Positions 31,191 through 41,410 of a stretch of DNA of 64,000 bases are shown piece after piece. Within the stretch, counting starts at the first letter, position 1. Each line of letters starts with the position of its first letter. Source of the DNA: Spirochaetia bacterium (GTDB lineage Bacteria; Spirochaetota; Spirochaetia; SZUA-6; Bin103); the NCBI GenBank assembly GCA_965208575.1, contig CBDBOV010000006.1, positions 1,344,001-1,408,000 of the forward strand, given 5' to 3'. The notes beneath the pieces were generated by a model, which made no database searches, was not told where the DNA came from, and saw only the letters and a list, made by a program, of their open reading frames with translations. Position numbers and translations under genes: made by a program.

Positions 31191-32864
31191 TTGCGACACC
31201 GGAGCCGTCGGGATCGAACGGGGCGGAGGAGATGCTGTACCCCGCTGACGGACGGAGGGCGTAGCCCGACCGGAGTCAGCCGGCGCGGTGCCGTGGAGGC
31301 CACCGTGGACGACGCCGAGATGGCGGACCAGGCAGCCAAGCTGCTCGCTTCCGGGATGAGCGGCTCAGCCTGCGCTCGCGAACTCGGCATCCCGGTGAGC
31401 ACCTTCAACGAGAACCGCCGCGCCGGCGTCATCACAGATCCCACCCGGGAGCCCGCCGCCAGCGCCGAGGTTGCGCCGGCGGCCACCACCACTGATCACC
31501 CGGTCAGCACCGCCGCCGCGGTCAGCGACCCGGCGGTCGCCACTGAGCGCGCCAGCCGCGACGCCCGCGACAAGCACGCGCCCATGGGCCGCGCGGCGCG
31601 CGACGTGGAACGCCGCACGCTCGCCAGAGCCGGCCTGCTGACCGAGGCCACACCAGCGTTCGTCGAGCCCGCCCACGCGGTCGCTGGCGGCGGCGTGCTG
31701 GCCGCACTGGCGATGCTGCTGCGCGAGGGCCTGCTCACCGCCGCCAACCGCCTGTTCCGCCTGCCGGCCGGATTCTACGGCCTGACCACCATCCTCCTGT
31801 TCGTCGCCTGCATGACCCTGGCCCGGGTGCGCAACCCCGAGAGCCTGCGCTACCAGGCACCCGGCGAGTGGGGCGCCATCCTCGGCCTCGACCGCTGTCC
31901 GGAGACCAAGACGCTGCGCCGCAAGATCAGGCTGCTGGCCAGCGCCGAGCACACCGTGCGCGATTGGCAATCGGTACTGGCGCGTACCTGGGCCAGCGAG
32001 CACGACGACGACTGGACGACGCTGGCCGTGGATGGCCACGTGAAGGTGTACACCGGGCGCAACGGGCGGTTGCCGAAACACTTCGTCGCACGCCAGAAGC
32101 TGTGTCTGCCGGCGTCGGTGAGCTACTGGATCAACGCCCTCGGCGGCGCACCGCTGCTGTGCCTGCACAAGGCGCTGGACCCGAAGCCGGTGAATGCGAT
32201 CAAGCACGACGTGGTGCCGCAGTTGCAGCACCTGGGGGTGGTGACCGAAGCGGCCCCCGACCTGACCGGAGCACCGGCCGGTACCCCGCAGCTGACCCTG
32301 GTGTTCGACCGCGAGGGCTGGAGCCCGGACCTGTTCAAGCGCCTGGCCCGGCGTGGCATCGCCTGCATCACCTGGCACAAGAACTTCAACGGCGCGGACT
32401 GGCTGCCGGAAGACTTCCACACCTTCGAGGTACCGATCCATGGTCCCGCCGGCACCAGCACGACTGCGGTTGATCTGGCCGAGCAGCCGATCATGCTGCG
32501 CAACGGGCTGGTGGTGCGCCAGATCCGGCGGCGTCTGGCCAACGGTCGTCAGGTGGCGGTGATCACCACGCACCCGCAGATGCCGTTGGCGCAGGTCGCC
32601 GGCGCCATGTTCTCGCGCTGGTCGCAGGAGAACTTCTTCAAGTACCTGCGCGAGCAGTTCAACCTTGACGCGCTGCCGAGCCATGACCTTGCGCCGCCGG
32701 AGCCCGACGCACGGGTCGTGAACCGGTGCGCCGGGCCCTGGAAAAGAGCATCAGGCGGGTACGCAGCCGGCTGGCAGCGGTCCGCAATCGCCTCGCCGAG
32801 GCACTGCAGGGACGGCACCGGGACTCCGCCACCCGGCTTACGGTCGCGGATAAAGTTGCACTGA
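31191..32864 (+). pseudogene. Putative DDE transposase fragment (copy 2)
   Basis: Same translation as 16338..18011. Confidence 0.75.
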
Positions 32865-33006
32865 ATTGCATGGTTATGCATAGACACGGGGGTATCCAGA
32901 CACCACCTCGTGTCGTGGAGGGGCCTTACAGCGCGGCTGAGGCGACGTTTTCTCATCGCTGACCGCCCATTCTCCGATTATCGACCGTCAGACCCGCCTG
33001 AGAGGG

Positions 33007-34281
33007 TCATTTTGCCGTGCGACCGCTGCCACCACGCTCCTCGCTCGGTGTTTGCACCGTGCTTGGTGCGGCCTTGGCGGTCTTGCTGACGTTCAGCTGC
33101 AGCAGATCCTCGGTCAACCTGGTCAGCTCGCGCTTGAGGGCGACCGGATTCAACGTCGCGTACTGCTGCTTGAGGCGGTTCTTCACCTTCTCGCTCACCG
33201 ACTCGGAGGCCAGCATGCGGTGATACGGCGTCTGCGGGTCGTCATAGATGCGGCGCACCTTGCTGCCGGTGCGGGTTTTCTTCACCAGCTTCACCGAGGG
33301 ATAGAAGAAGTTCACCAGCAGGCACAGCGGGCGGTATATCGCGTTGAGGGCAGCCAGTTCCCGGTCGGTGTCGTAACGCAGGTGGCCGACCGCCCGTCGC
33401 ACCACGTGGCCATTCTTCTGCTCGACGTAGCAGGTGTCGTTCTTGCGATGCGGGCGACCCCGAGTGAACGTGATGCCGTGCGCTTCGCAATAGCGCAGCA
33501 AATGATGATTGATGAACTCGCTGCCGTTGTCGGTGTCGATCCCCCGCATCACGATCGGCAGGCTCTGCCGGGCAGCGTCGATCGCCTCGTGGGTCCAGCG
33601 CTGCGCCTTGTTCTGCACGCCGTACAGGTCGACCCAGCCGGTGTCAACGTCGGTGATGGTGAGCGTGTGGCAGAAGTCGCCTGACGCGTTGCCGCCTTCA
33701 TGGCCCACCAAGTCGATCTCGAAGAAGCCCGGCTCCTGCTCGTCCCAGTCAGCGAAGGTTCGGATCGCGATCTGATCCTTCAGGAGGGTGCCCGGCTTGG
33801 TGTGCGTGCGACCCTTCAGGCGCAGCCGTGCGCGCTCCTGCTGCAGCAGCCGGTCGATGGTCGCGGCGCTGATGGTCTGCAGCTTGCCGCGCACCGCTGC
33901 GGTCAGCTCGATCTCGCCGAACGACTCCAGCGTCGGCAGCATGGTGCGCAGCACGACCACCAGGCGCTTGCCGCACATGCAGTCGAACACGTACCAGATC
34001 AGCTTCAGAGCGACCAGCACCTCCTGGTCGTAGCGCCGCGGTCGCACGCGGCGCTGGGCAGGCCGCGGACGCCCGACCACCAGCTTCACCAGTGTGCCGT
34101 CGACTCGCACCATGCGGGTCCGTCCCCACCAGGTCAACAGATGGATCGCGTACTTGCGCTGGTACCCGGTCGACTCGACGAACTCGTCGAGTATGCGCCC
34201 CTTCTCCTTCTTGCCCGCCCGACGATACCGCTGCGCGTGCTGCTCGGTGAGCTCTCGCCTTGAACTCATCTTCAACCCCAT
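33007..34281 (-). CDS. DDE transposase with rve integrase core (copy 2)
   Basis: Same translation as 14921..16195. Confidence 0.9.
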   Translation of the reverse strand: MGLKMSSRRELTEQHAQRYRRAGKKEKGRILDEFVESTGYQRKYAIHLLTWWGRTRMVRVDGTLVKLVVGRPRPAQRRVRPRRYDQEVLVALKLIWYVFDCMCGKRLVVVLRTMLPTLESFGEIELTAAVRGKLQTISAATIDRLLQQERARLRLKGRTHTKPGTLLKDQIAIRTFADWDEQEPGFFEIDLVGHEGGNASGDFCHTLTITDVDTGWVDLYGVQNKAQRWTHEAIDAARQSLPIVMRGIDTDNGSEFINHHLLRYCEAHGITFTRGRPHRKNDTCYVEQKNGHVVRRAVGHLRYDTDRELAALNAIYRPLCLLVNFFYPSVKLVKKTRTGSKVRRIYDDPQTPYHRMLASESVSEKVKNRLKQQYATLNPVALKRELTRLTEDLLQLNVSKTAKAAPSTVQTPSEERGGSGRTAK

Positions 34282-34449
34282 CTCCTCCGGAACCTCCTCA
34301 CGTCCCTCGGAGAGGCTCCAACCGGACCCGGAAGGTCCAGCCCGTTCGGTTAGATTTTTAGATGAGGCATGCTTTCGCTACGGTTAGATTTTCGATGAGT
34401 CAATGCGTCACCTTGCTGGCTATTCACTTGAGCGATATGCTTGACTCAT

Positions 34450-34899
34450 ATGAGCGTTGCAGCGACGGAAGTCGCCGAGGTTCTGGGGGGCCGGCGGGTG
34501 CTTGGGCGCAGCATCGAGCACGGACGCGATCTGGAGGAGTTGATTCGCGCGGGGGTCCCCAAGCCGGCACTGGAGCGGTTGGTCGACCTGCTCGTGACGC
34601 ACGACGGCGGTGACGGCAAGGCTCGCAGGGCCGCGCTGCGGAACCGAATCGTGTCGCGGGCGACCTATCAGCGGGTAGAGCGCCTCAACCTGCAGGTGAG
34701 CGAGACCACGGAACGACTCGCGCGGCTCTACGCGCTCGCTGCAACCGCGTTTGCCGATGGCGGCGCAGCGGCGAGGTTCATGCTCACCCCCCATCCCGAG
34801 CTTGACGATCGAGCGCCCTTCGACGTCGCGCTGACCGAGGTTGGGGGGCGAGCAGTCGAGGAGGTGATCGAGCGGGGCCTGCATGGCCTCCCGGCTTGA
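34450..34899 (+). CDS. Xre/MbcA/ParS-family antitoxin
   Basis: 'VLGG', 'IVSRATYQR', 'FMLTPHPELDDRAP', 'TEVGGRAVEE'. Confidence 0.88.
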   Translation: MSVAATEVAEVLGGRRVLGRSIEHGRDLEELIRAGVPKPALERLVDLLVTHDGGDGKARRAALRNRIVSRATYQRVERLNLQVSETTERLARLYALAATAFADGGAAARFMLTPHPELDDRAPFDVALTEVGGRAVEEVIERGLHGLPA

Positions 34900-35359
34900 C
34901 AGCCCAAGATACGCATACCGGATCGTCAGCTCGCGGTATCCGCCGTTCGACGGAGCCGGCGCGTACCGCTGGGGCAGCCGCTGGGTCAGTCCGGGACGCC
35001 AGATGGTGCACGCCGCGGAGTCCTATGCGCTCGCCGTCCTCGAGAACCTCGTACACTGGCAGAGTGGCACGCTCCCGCGCAACTTGGTATGCGGGTCGCA
35101 ATTCCGGACGACGTTGCACAGGAACGGGCCGACGACGTCGATGCGGCGCTGCTGCGTGCCAACGACCACCGCGCGACGCGGCGCATCGGCGACGACTGGT
35201 ACGATCGCGGAGACACCGCCGTACTCTGGGTTCCATCCGTCGTGTCTCCGTACGAATTCAGTGTGTTGTGCAATCAACTGCACGTGGACTTCTCACGGAT
35301 CGTCGTGGGTGAGCCAACCCCCAGCTCGGGTCGATGCCCGCCTGCCGTACCGTAGATAG
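34883..35359 (+). pseudogene. RES-domain toxin, frameshifted
   Basis: 'YRI...DGAGA...GSRW...LAVLE' in one frame and 'IGDDW...VPSVV' in another. Confidence 0.8.
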
Positions 35360-35384
35360 CGCCTACGCCAAGTCGCGGCCGTGT

Positions 35385-35612
35385 ATTGGTGCGTCGGCAA
35401 CGAATGCGAGCGCCTCCGCGAACGCCTGTGGCTGGTAGTTGGCCGCGGCATCTCTGAAGAAGTCTCGCGTTTCTTGCCGGATTACCTCGTTGTTCACCGA
35501 CGCCACGATAGAGCTGTTCAGAGAGACGCCGTCCTCACCGGCGAGCTGACATTGTGCGTGACGATCACTTCGGCGCCGAAGTTGGCCGCGCATTCAAACA
35601 CCATGTCGTCGT
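35385..35612 (-). pseudogene. Chimeric PIN-toxin/HicB-like antitoxin remnant (copy 1; copy 2 at ~45598..45826)
   Basis: 'DDMVFECAANFGAEVIVTHNV' fused out of frame to 'LAGEDGVSLNS...'. Confidence 0.6.
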
Positions 35613-35696
35613 GCTAGAAAGGAGACGTTGACGAAATGCTCGGGTACTCGATCGCACGTGTGGCTGAAATAGCCGCTTTCTCGACGAGTCCCATCG

Positions 35697-36668
35697 CTAC
35701 TTGTTTGCCCTGGCCTCCAGTCTTTTCCTGGCTTTCTCAGCAGACTTCGCGCCATAGGCACCGGGATGCCCCGCGCCACCCCTGAGCCTGGGATCAAGCA
35801 GGTCCCTCACCGCGTCGCCGAACATGTTGAAACTGTAGACGACAATCGTCAGGCAGAATCCCGGCCAGAGCGCCAGCCAGGGAGCCTCCTCCATGAACTG
35901 GCGCCCTTCCCGGCTGAGCAGACCTCCCCAGCTGGGAACCCCGATGGGCAGACCAAAGCCGAGGAAACTTAAAGAAGCCTCAGACATAATCACCCCCCCG
36001 ATATTGATGCTGAATATAATGATTATGGGAGCCGCAATATTGCGAAGCACATGTCGGACAAATGTTCTCCATTTTGAAGAGCCAATCGACTCCGCTGCCT
36101 GAAAATAGTCGTTCTCTTTTACTGCGATAACGGCGCCTCTTACTGTTCTTGAGCCGCCGATGCCTCCTGTTATCCCCAGGACCACTATTATCTGTGGTAT
36201 ACCCCGCCCCGCTATGGACATTATGGTTAACAACAGGAGCAGTCCCGGGAAAGACATCCAGGCATCGACAAATCTTTGCACAGCCAGGTCCAGTTTACCA
36301 CCCAGGAATCCTGAAGTGCCACCTATCAGGAGAGCGACGACAACATTGAGAGCGGTCGCCGCCAGACCGACAACTATGGAAAGACGAGCCCCTATGATGA
36401 TGCGGCTCAAGAAGTCTCGCCCCAACTGGTCGGTACCCAGCAGATACTGGGCTGATGAGCCTTGCAGCCTGTCTACCAGGTGTTGTTCCCAATATGGATA
36501 AGGAGCCAGAACATCGGCAAAGATAGCCACCAGAATCAATATCAATATGATAATCCCGCAGGCAGTACCCAGTGGCTTCTCCTTGACCAGCCTGACGAAG
36601 AAATCGGCTAAGGCGTGGCGCCTCTTCGTTTCGGCTTCTTCTCGCGGGATATCTCTAAGCTGACTCAT
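35697..36668 (-). CDS. ABC permease, OppC-like
   Basis: Paralog of 5796..6698. Confidence 0.93.
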   Translation of the reverse strand: MSQLRDIPREEAETKRRHALADFFVRLVKEKPLGTACGIIILILILVAIFADVLAPYPYWEQHLVDRLQGSSAQYLLGTDQLGRDFLSRIIIGARLSIVVGLAATALNVVVALLIGGTSGFLGGKLDLAVQRFVDAWMSFPGLLLLLTIMSIAGRGIPQIIVVLGITGGIGGSRTVRGAVIAVKENDYFQAAESIGSSKWRTFVRHVLRNIAAPIIIIFSINIGGVIMSEASLSFLGFGLPIGVPSWGGLLSREGRQFMEEAPWLALWPGFCLTIVVYSFNMFGDAVRDLLDPRLRGGAGHPGAYGAKSAEKARKRLEARANK

Positions 36669-36681
36669 CCTTTCGCCTCCA

Positions 36682-37677
36682 CTACCTGTATCGTAGCCTG
36701 GGGTCTAAATAAGGATAAATCAGGTCGATAAATAGATTGTTCGCCATAACCACGGTGGCGAAAAACAGGTTTATTCCGGAGACCACCGGGTAGTCTCTTT
36801 CAGCGAGTGAATCCAGCATGACACGACCCATCCCCGGCAGGTTAAATATGTTCTCCATGATAACGGAGCCACCAATCAGCAGAGGCAACTGCAGGCCTAC
36901 CAGGGTAACTACCGGGATGAGGGCATTCTTGATGGCGTGTCTGATAACAACTACCCTCTCCTTGAGACCCTTGGCCCAGGCAGTCCTAATGTAGTCCTGC
37001 CTGAGCACCTCCAGCATCATGGTGCGCGTCATCCGCATTGAGGATGCAGAAGCGGCCGTCCCCAGAATCAGGCTGGGAATGATCAACACCGCCAAATTCC
37101 CCAGCGGGTCTTCGGTGAAAGGAAACCACCTCATCGGTGGCGACCAGCCCCACCAGATTACCGGGAAGATCATGACCATGGTTCCCAGCCAGAAGTTGGG
37201 AGTTGCCATGCCGATGACGGCCGCGGTGCGCCCCACGTAGTCGGCGGCCGTATCCTGGCGAATCGCCGAGTAGATGCCGACTGGCAGCCCTATTACTAGC
37301 CCGATTACGATTGACAACAAACCAAGCTCGATGGTTACCGGCAGTGCATTTAATATCCTATCCTCCACCGTCCCACCGCCCATCATTGATTCGCCAAGGG
37401 TTCCCTGGAGGAGACCTTTAAAGTGGGACTCACCGGTAACCCAGTCAGGGGTCGGCAACACTCCTAGCCAGCGTCCATACTGTACGTGCACAGGTACGTC
37501 TAAGCCCAGTATATGCTCAAGAGCTTCACGGTCTACGCCACCCAGCCATTCCATCCTTCTGACCATTACGTCTACTATATCGCCCGGGATGAAGCGGACC
37601 GAAAGAAAGACCAGGATGGTCAATATAGACAGGGTGGGGATTATCAGCAATAACCGCCTGATGATATAGGCTCTCAT
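36682..37677 (-). CDS. ABC permease, OppB-like
   Basis: Paralog of 4820..5779. Confidence 0.93.
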   Translation of the reverse strand: MRAYIIRRLLLIIPTLSILTILVFLSVRFIPGDIVDVMVRRMEWLGGVDREALEHILGLDVPVHVQYGRWLGVLPTPDWVTGESHFKGLLQGTLGESMMGGGTVEDRILNALPVTIELGLLSIVIGLVIGLPVGIYSAIRQDTAADYVGRTAAVIGMATPNFWLGTMVMIFPVIWWGWSPPMRWFPFTEDPLGNLAVLIIPSLILGTAASASSMRMTRTMMLEVLRQDYIRTAWAKGLKERVVVIRHAIKNALIPVVTLVGLQLPLLIGGSVIMENIFNLPGMGRVMLDSLAERDYPVVSGINLFFATVVMANNLFIDLIYPYLDPRLRYR

Positions 37678-37757
37678 GTCACACTCCTCATCATTCGTCG
37701 GACTAGAACTGAATCTCTAGCGTCCATCATATTTCCCGGCAATTTCTTACAATGTCC

Positions 37758-37841
37758 CCCGTCATTGCGAGCCCCGATTTATCGGGGTTTGGCAATCTCG
37801 TTGCCCTCTTTCCCCGTCATTGCGGTGAAAACCGCAATCCA
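37758..37841. repeat. Two REP-like palindromes (gtcattgcg...gcaatc)
   Basis: gtcattgcgagccccgatttatcggggtttggcaatc and gtcattgcggtgaaaaccgcaatc. Confidence 0.65.
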
Positions 37842-37945
37842 CTTAGACGATCCCCTTGCCCGGCTCACACGGCACTCTCTCAGGTGCGCATGACCCTTGC
37901 CAAAAAAACCTGGCCTCTCACCTTTTTGGGGAGTCCAGAGGGGTG

Positions 37946-38857
37946 GCCGGGTAGAATCGCGGCGCGCGCAAGCCTTAGGCAGAGATTCATAACCACCTCG
38001 CTCTTTCGATTGCGAGGCAGGATCCTAGTTCCACCATAGTCCACGTTTCCGCGAAGCCCCCCTCTCATCCCGGACGGTCGAATTTCTCGAGTCCGGTTGG
38101 CGGCCATGCCCACGTTCCCCGATGGACCTTCCCGACGGGGCCGAAGCTCAAGCGCTGGCACGCATACGCCCCTAACCCCGCCGGTTATACCACCGGCTCG
38201 ATGCCGGCTGCGACCTATCACGTTACCCGGGTACAGCGCCCCGGCGTGTGCCCGTCAGGCATCCGACATGCGCCGAGAGCCCCTTCGCCTGCGCCGGTCG
38301 TTACCCGTTGCAGCGTGACGTCGAGCGTCACGTCAGAGGGCATTACCCCACCTTCATAGCTCATACTGGCTCAGGCGCCAGACCAAATCCCTCCTGACGA
38401 CTTCAGCTTTATGCCTTATACGACAGGTCCCTGCAGGTTGCTGCCAGCCCCTGCTGGGAGATGGCCCTTCCCGACTTTGTCGCTGCATTCCTTGCACAGT
38501 CGCTTGGTCCCCTACCCCGTAGTGTCTCTTCGCTGCATGTACCCGTTTCTTCACGAAGAGCGTCGGCCTCGCAACAGGGCTTACGTGCTCGGCACACTAA
38601 AAAGTCCCGGACAGCATCGTTCGCCGGGGGTCATATTTCGGGGCTGCAGACATTCCGTTATGTTCAGGCTCCTGTGCTCGCTCGACCCTCTGGATGCCCC
38701 CACCTTGCAGTCCTGTGCCTGACAAAGCGGCAGGGCCTTATACACCACGCAGCTATCGTGCGGTTACCCAACACAAACTGTGGCATCGCTACGTACCCGA
38801 ACCGGGTAATTGATACGGCCGGTCCTTCCCGGCTGGAATGCAGTCTTGTCGGCTGCT
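37946..38857 (-). ncRNA. ORF-less group II intron-like RNA
   Basis: Domain V-like hairpin aaccggactcgagaaattcgaccgtccgggat (38067-38098) followed by gagagggggg and a domain VI-like end ...gcgattctacccggc; no RT ORF. 5' boundary approximate. Confidence 0.7.
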
Positions 38858-38865
38858 GAAACCCA

Positions 38866-40668
38866 CTAATAACCCATTGCTGCCTTCAGCTCACCATCAA
38901 TCCAGAGGCGGGCTAAGACTGACTGGGTTTCACCATCTCCTACTTTCACTTCGCCGTTATAACCTTTGACCCACGGCTGCGTTGCCTGGAACTGTGGGGT
39001 TTCAGGACCCCATACCCTAAATTGCTTTTCTATGACGTACATATTTGCCTCTTTCAGGAACCTATCCTTCTCCTCGATGGAGGTGGCAGCGGAGGCGGCA
39101 TCAATCAGAGCGTCATATTCGGGGTCTTTCACGCCACTGCGGCTCCACTGGTATTCCGAATAAAACTGGTTCAGAATACGGTAGAGAGCATACCTGAAGG
39201 CCCCTTCCCCCCAAATAATTCTGTAGGTATCCTGTTCTGGGTTGGCCACCTGGGATCCCTCAGTACCGAAAACATCTATCTCGACCTCCACACCAATCTC
39301 ACGCCAGTATCCCGCGGCCAGTTCTGCATAGCTCACATCGTACCGTTCAAAGAAGGCCAGGCGGGTCTTGTATCTAATGCCGTCCGCGCCGCGGGTAAGC
39401 CCAGCCTCATCAAGCAACGCTTCTGCCCCTGCCGGGTCATACCTATAGGTTTTCTTGACCTCTTCGGGCCACTCCTCAAATGGCGTGCCAATCCCCGGCA
39501 CATCATTGCCTATATGTCCCTGCGGAGTCGCACCGCCATAACCCTTATAGTAGGTAGCGACAATGGTCTCGAGGTCCAGTGCCATCTGCATGGCCTGGCG
39601 CACCCGGATGTCATTCCAGGGCGGTCTGTCCAGACCGACGAGATAGAAAACGTTGTCGGACCGAAAGTTATACGTATACAGCTCGACTTCGGGGTCGGTC
39701 CGCTCGAGTCTCTCTACTTCGTCGATAGACCTTAATTGAGAGCTGCCGACAGTCCCCAGCATATCAATCTTACCCGTCCGCAGAGCCGCCAGACGAGTTG
39801 CCCCTTCTGGCATAAACAACATTATTATCTTGTCAACATAGGGCAGGCGGTTCTCCGGGTATTTTTCGTCGAAGCCCCAGTAGTCGGGATTCTTGGTCCA
39901 GGTCCTAGAGCTGCCTTCGACCACCTCCGTCAGCTCATAGGGTCCGGTGCCGACCGTGTTCCGCCAATCCTTATAGTCGCCGTGTTGCTCGATGACCTCC
40001 GGAGGGTATATAAAAGCCATGTGCCAGCCGAGAAGTTCTGGCAGGGCGCGAAGGTTTGGCTCCTTTAGCTTGAAAACGACTGTCCAATCGTCGGTGGCCG
40101 TTACCGACTCGTAATTCGCTGGCTTCATGGCAGTTGCCATTGGGCTAGGTCCGGCTTCACTGAACTTGCCCAGACCCAACATACGCTGCCAGTGATGTTC
40201 TACATCTTTGGCAGTCAGCTCCCGACCGTTCATCGGTGCCTTGTCGTGCCAGTAAACGCCCTTGCGGATGTTGAAGATAATGGTCGTATCGTCGGGCGTT
40301 TCCCAGCCTTCCGCCAGTGCCCCTTTCCAGGCCCATAGAGGTGTGTCTGCTAAGAGCCGCCAGTCCCATACGTCCCTATCTATTCCCCAGTCCACGATGC
40401 CGAGCATCTCATTAACCAAAGCGATGGATTGTGCCGCCCAGCCAGTAATGTACCAGGCATCACTATGCTCAGCCCAACTGGCCTCGCCATAGGTCAATGT
40501 CCCGCCGTACTCTGGCGCGGTCACCGCCTTGCCGGTGGTGGGGTCGGTCACATACTGCTTGTCGGCAGCGGCGCCCGGCTCCTCTTCTGCGCCAGCGGCC
40601 CAGAGGCCGGTTGCGGTCACGGCGAGGACCATCGCAATCGCGAAGGTCCTTGTGAAGAATATCTTCAT
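38866..40668 (-). CDS. ABC family 5 solute-binding protein
   Basis: Paralog of 2860..4626. Confidence 0.92.
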   Translation of the reverse strand: MKIFFTRTFAIAMVLAVTATGLWAAGAEEEPGAAADKQYVTDPTTGKAVTAPEYGGTLTYGEASWAEHSDAWYITGWAAQSIALVNEMLGIVDWGIDRDVWDWRLLADTPLWAWKGALAEGWETPDDTTIIFNIRKGVYWHDKAPMNGRELTAKDVEHHWQRMLGLGKFSEAGPSPMATAMKPANYESVTATDDWTVVFKLKEPNLRALPELLGWHMAFIYPPEVIEQHGDYKDWRNTVGTGPYELTEVVEGSSRTWTKNPDYWGFDEKYPENRLPYVDKIIMLFMPEGATRLAALRTGKIDMLGTVGSSQLRSIDEVERLERTDPEVELYTYNFRSDNVFYLVGLDRPPWNDIRVRQAMQMALDLETIVATYYKGYGGATPQGHIGNDVPGIGTPFEEWPEEVKKTYRYDPAGAEALLDEAGLTRGADGIRYKTRLAFFERYDVSYAELAAGYWREIGVEVEIDVFGTEGSQVANPEQDTYRIIWGEGAFRYALYRILNQFYSEYQWSRSGVKDPEYDALIDAASAATSIEEKDRFLKEANMYVIEKQFRVWGPETPQFQATQPWVKGYNGEVKVGDGETQSVLARLWIDGELKAAMGY

Positions 40669-40854
40669 GGTTTCTTCCTTAAACGCTATTTCGAGAGTAT
40701 TGCGGAGCGGATTGCCGCTCCCTGGCCACGCGCAACGCAGGCGGCCAGTCTGAGTCAAATACACTGAAAGCGCGCGGCGTGTGACTCATCCGGGGTTCAC
40801 CCGGGCTCACGCCGCGCGCGCGTGCGGCTCTTTGAGTATCATTTTGCACCTCCT

Positions 40855-41410
40855 GTGCGCCGGAAAAAAAACCGGCAGGGTTGTTGTGAATGAAAGAGTC
40901 ATACGTCGAAGGGCTAGCGACCCACGGCGGCCCCGAGTCATGCGCCGCCGCCCGCGAGGGCGGGGGTGAAGCGTTGACAGGGGACAGGGGTACGTGCGGG
41001 CCGGGTATCGAGCCGCGAAAGGAATTACTTTGGGGTGCCGACGCCGTAGGAGGATGCGGAAGGCCACACCCGGGGCGCCGATATCGCGAGGCGCTACGGG
41101 ACCCTGCGCGGTCACAGACCCCGAGTACGTACGGAAACACCTTGCGCGGGAGCCGGGAGATCCCCGCTTCGCCTGTGGCGGATGGCGCCGCAGGCCGTGT
41201 CGGGAAGTCCAAGGACGTACGCCGACGATGAACGGAGCTGGGAAGTCGGACAGGCCCACAGTACGGGAGCGATTGCAGGCCAAGCTGGGGCAGGTGAAGA
41301 CCGAGCTTCGGCGGCGCCTGCACGATCCGGTCCCGGAGGTGGGAAGCTGGTTGCGCTCGGTTGTGGGTGGGCACGCGCGCTACTACGGGGTGCCCACGAA
41401 CTCCCGCCGC
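40855..41410 (+). mobile_element. Internally deleted group II intron (5' RNA domains plus maturase fragment)
   Basis: Starts GTGCG; domain I-like ccccgagtcatgcg...gaagcgttgacagggg; then 'LQAKLGQVKTELRRRLHDPVPEVGSWLRSVVGGHARYYGVPTN' (domain X-like); no RT core or D5. Confidence 0.8.

Larger units (their letters stand above)
30613..34407 (-). mobile_element. 3,795-bp transposon, copy 2 (inverted)
   Basis: ORF track is an exact mirror of copy 1; 5-bp TSD tcacc at 30608-30612 and 34408-34412. Confidence 0.9.

Noticed and set aside
14795-34407. Single composite transposon inserted as one 19.6-kb unit
   Set aside because: The outer flanks (gcgcg versus tcacc) do not match, whereas each copy has its own TSD.
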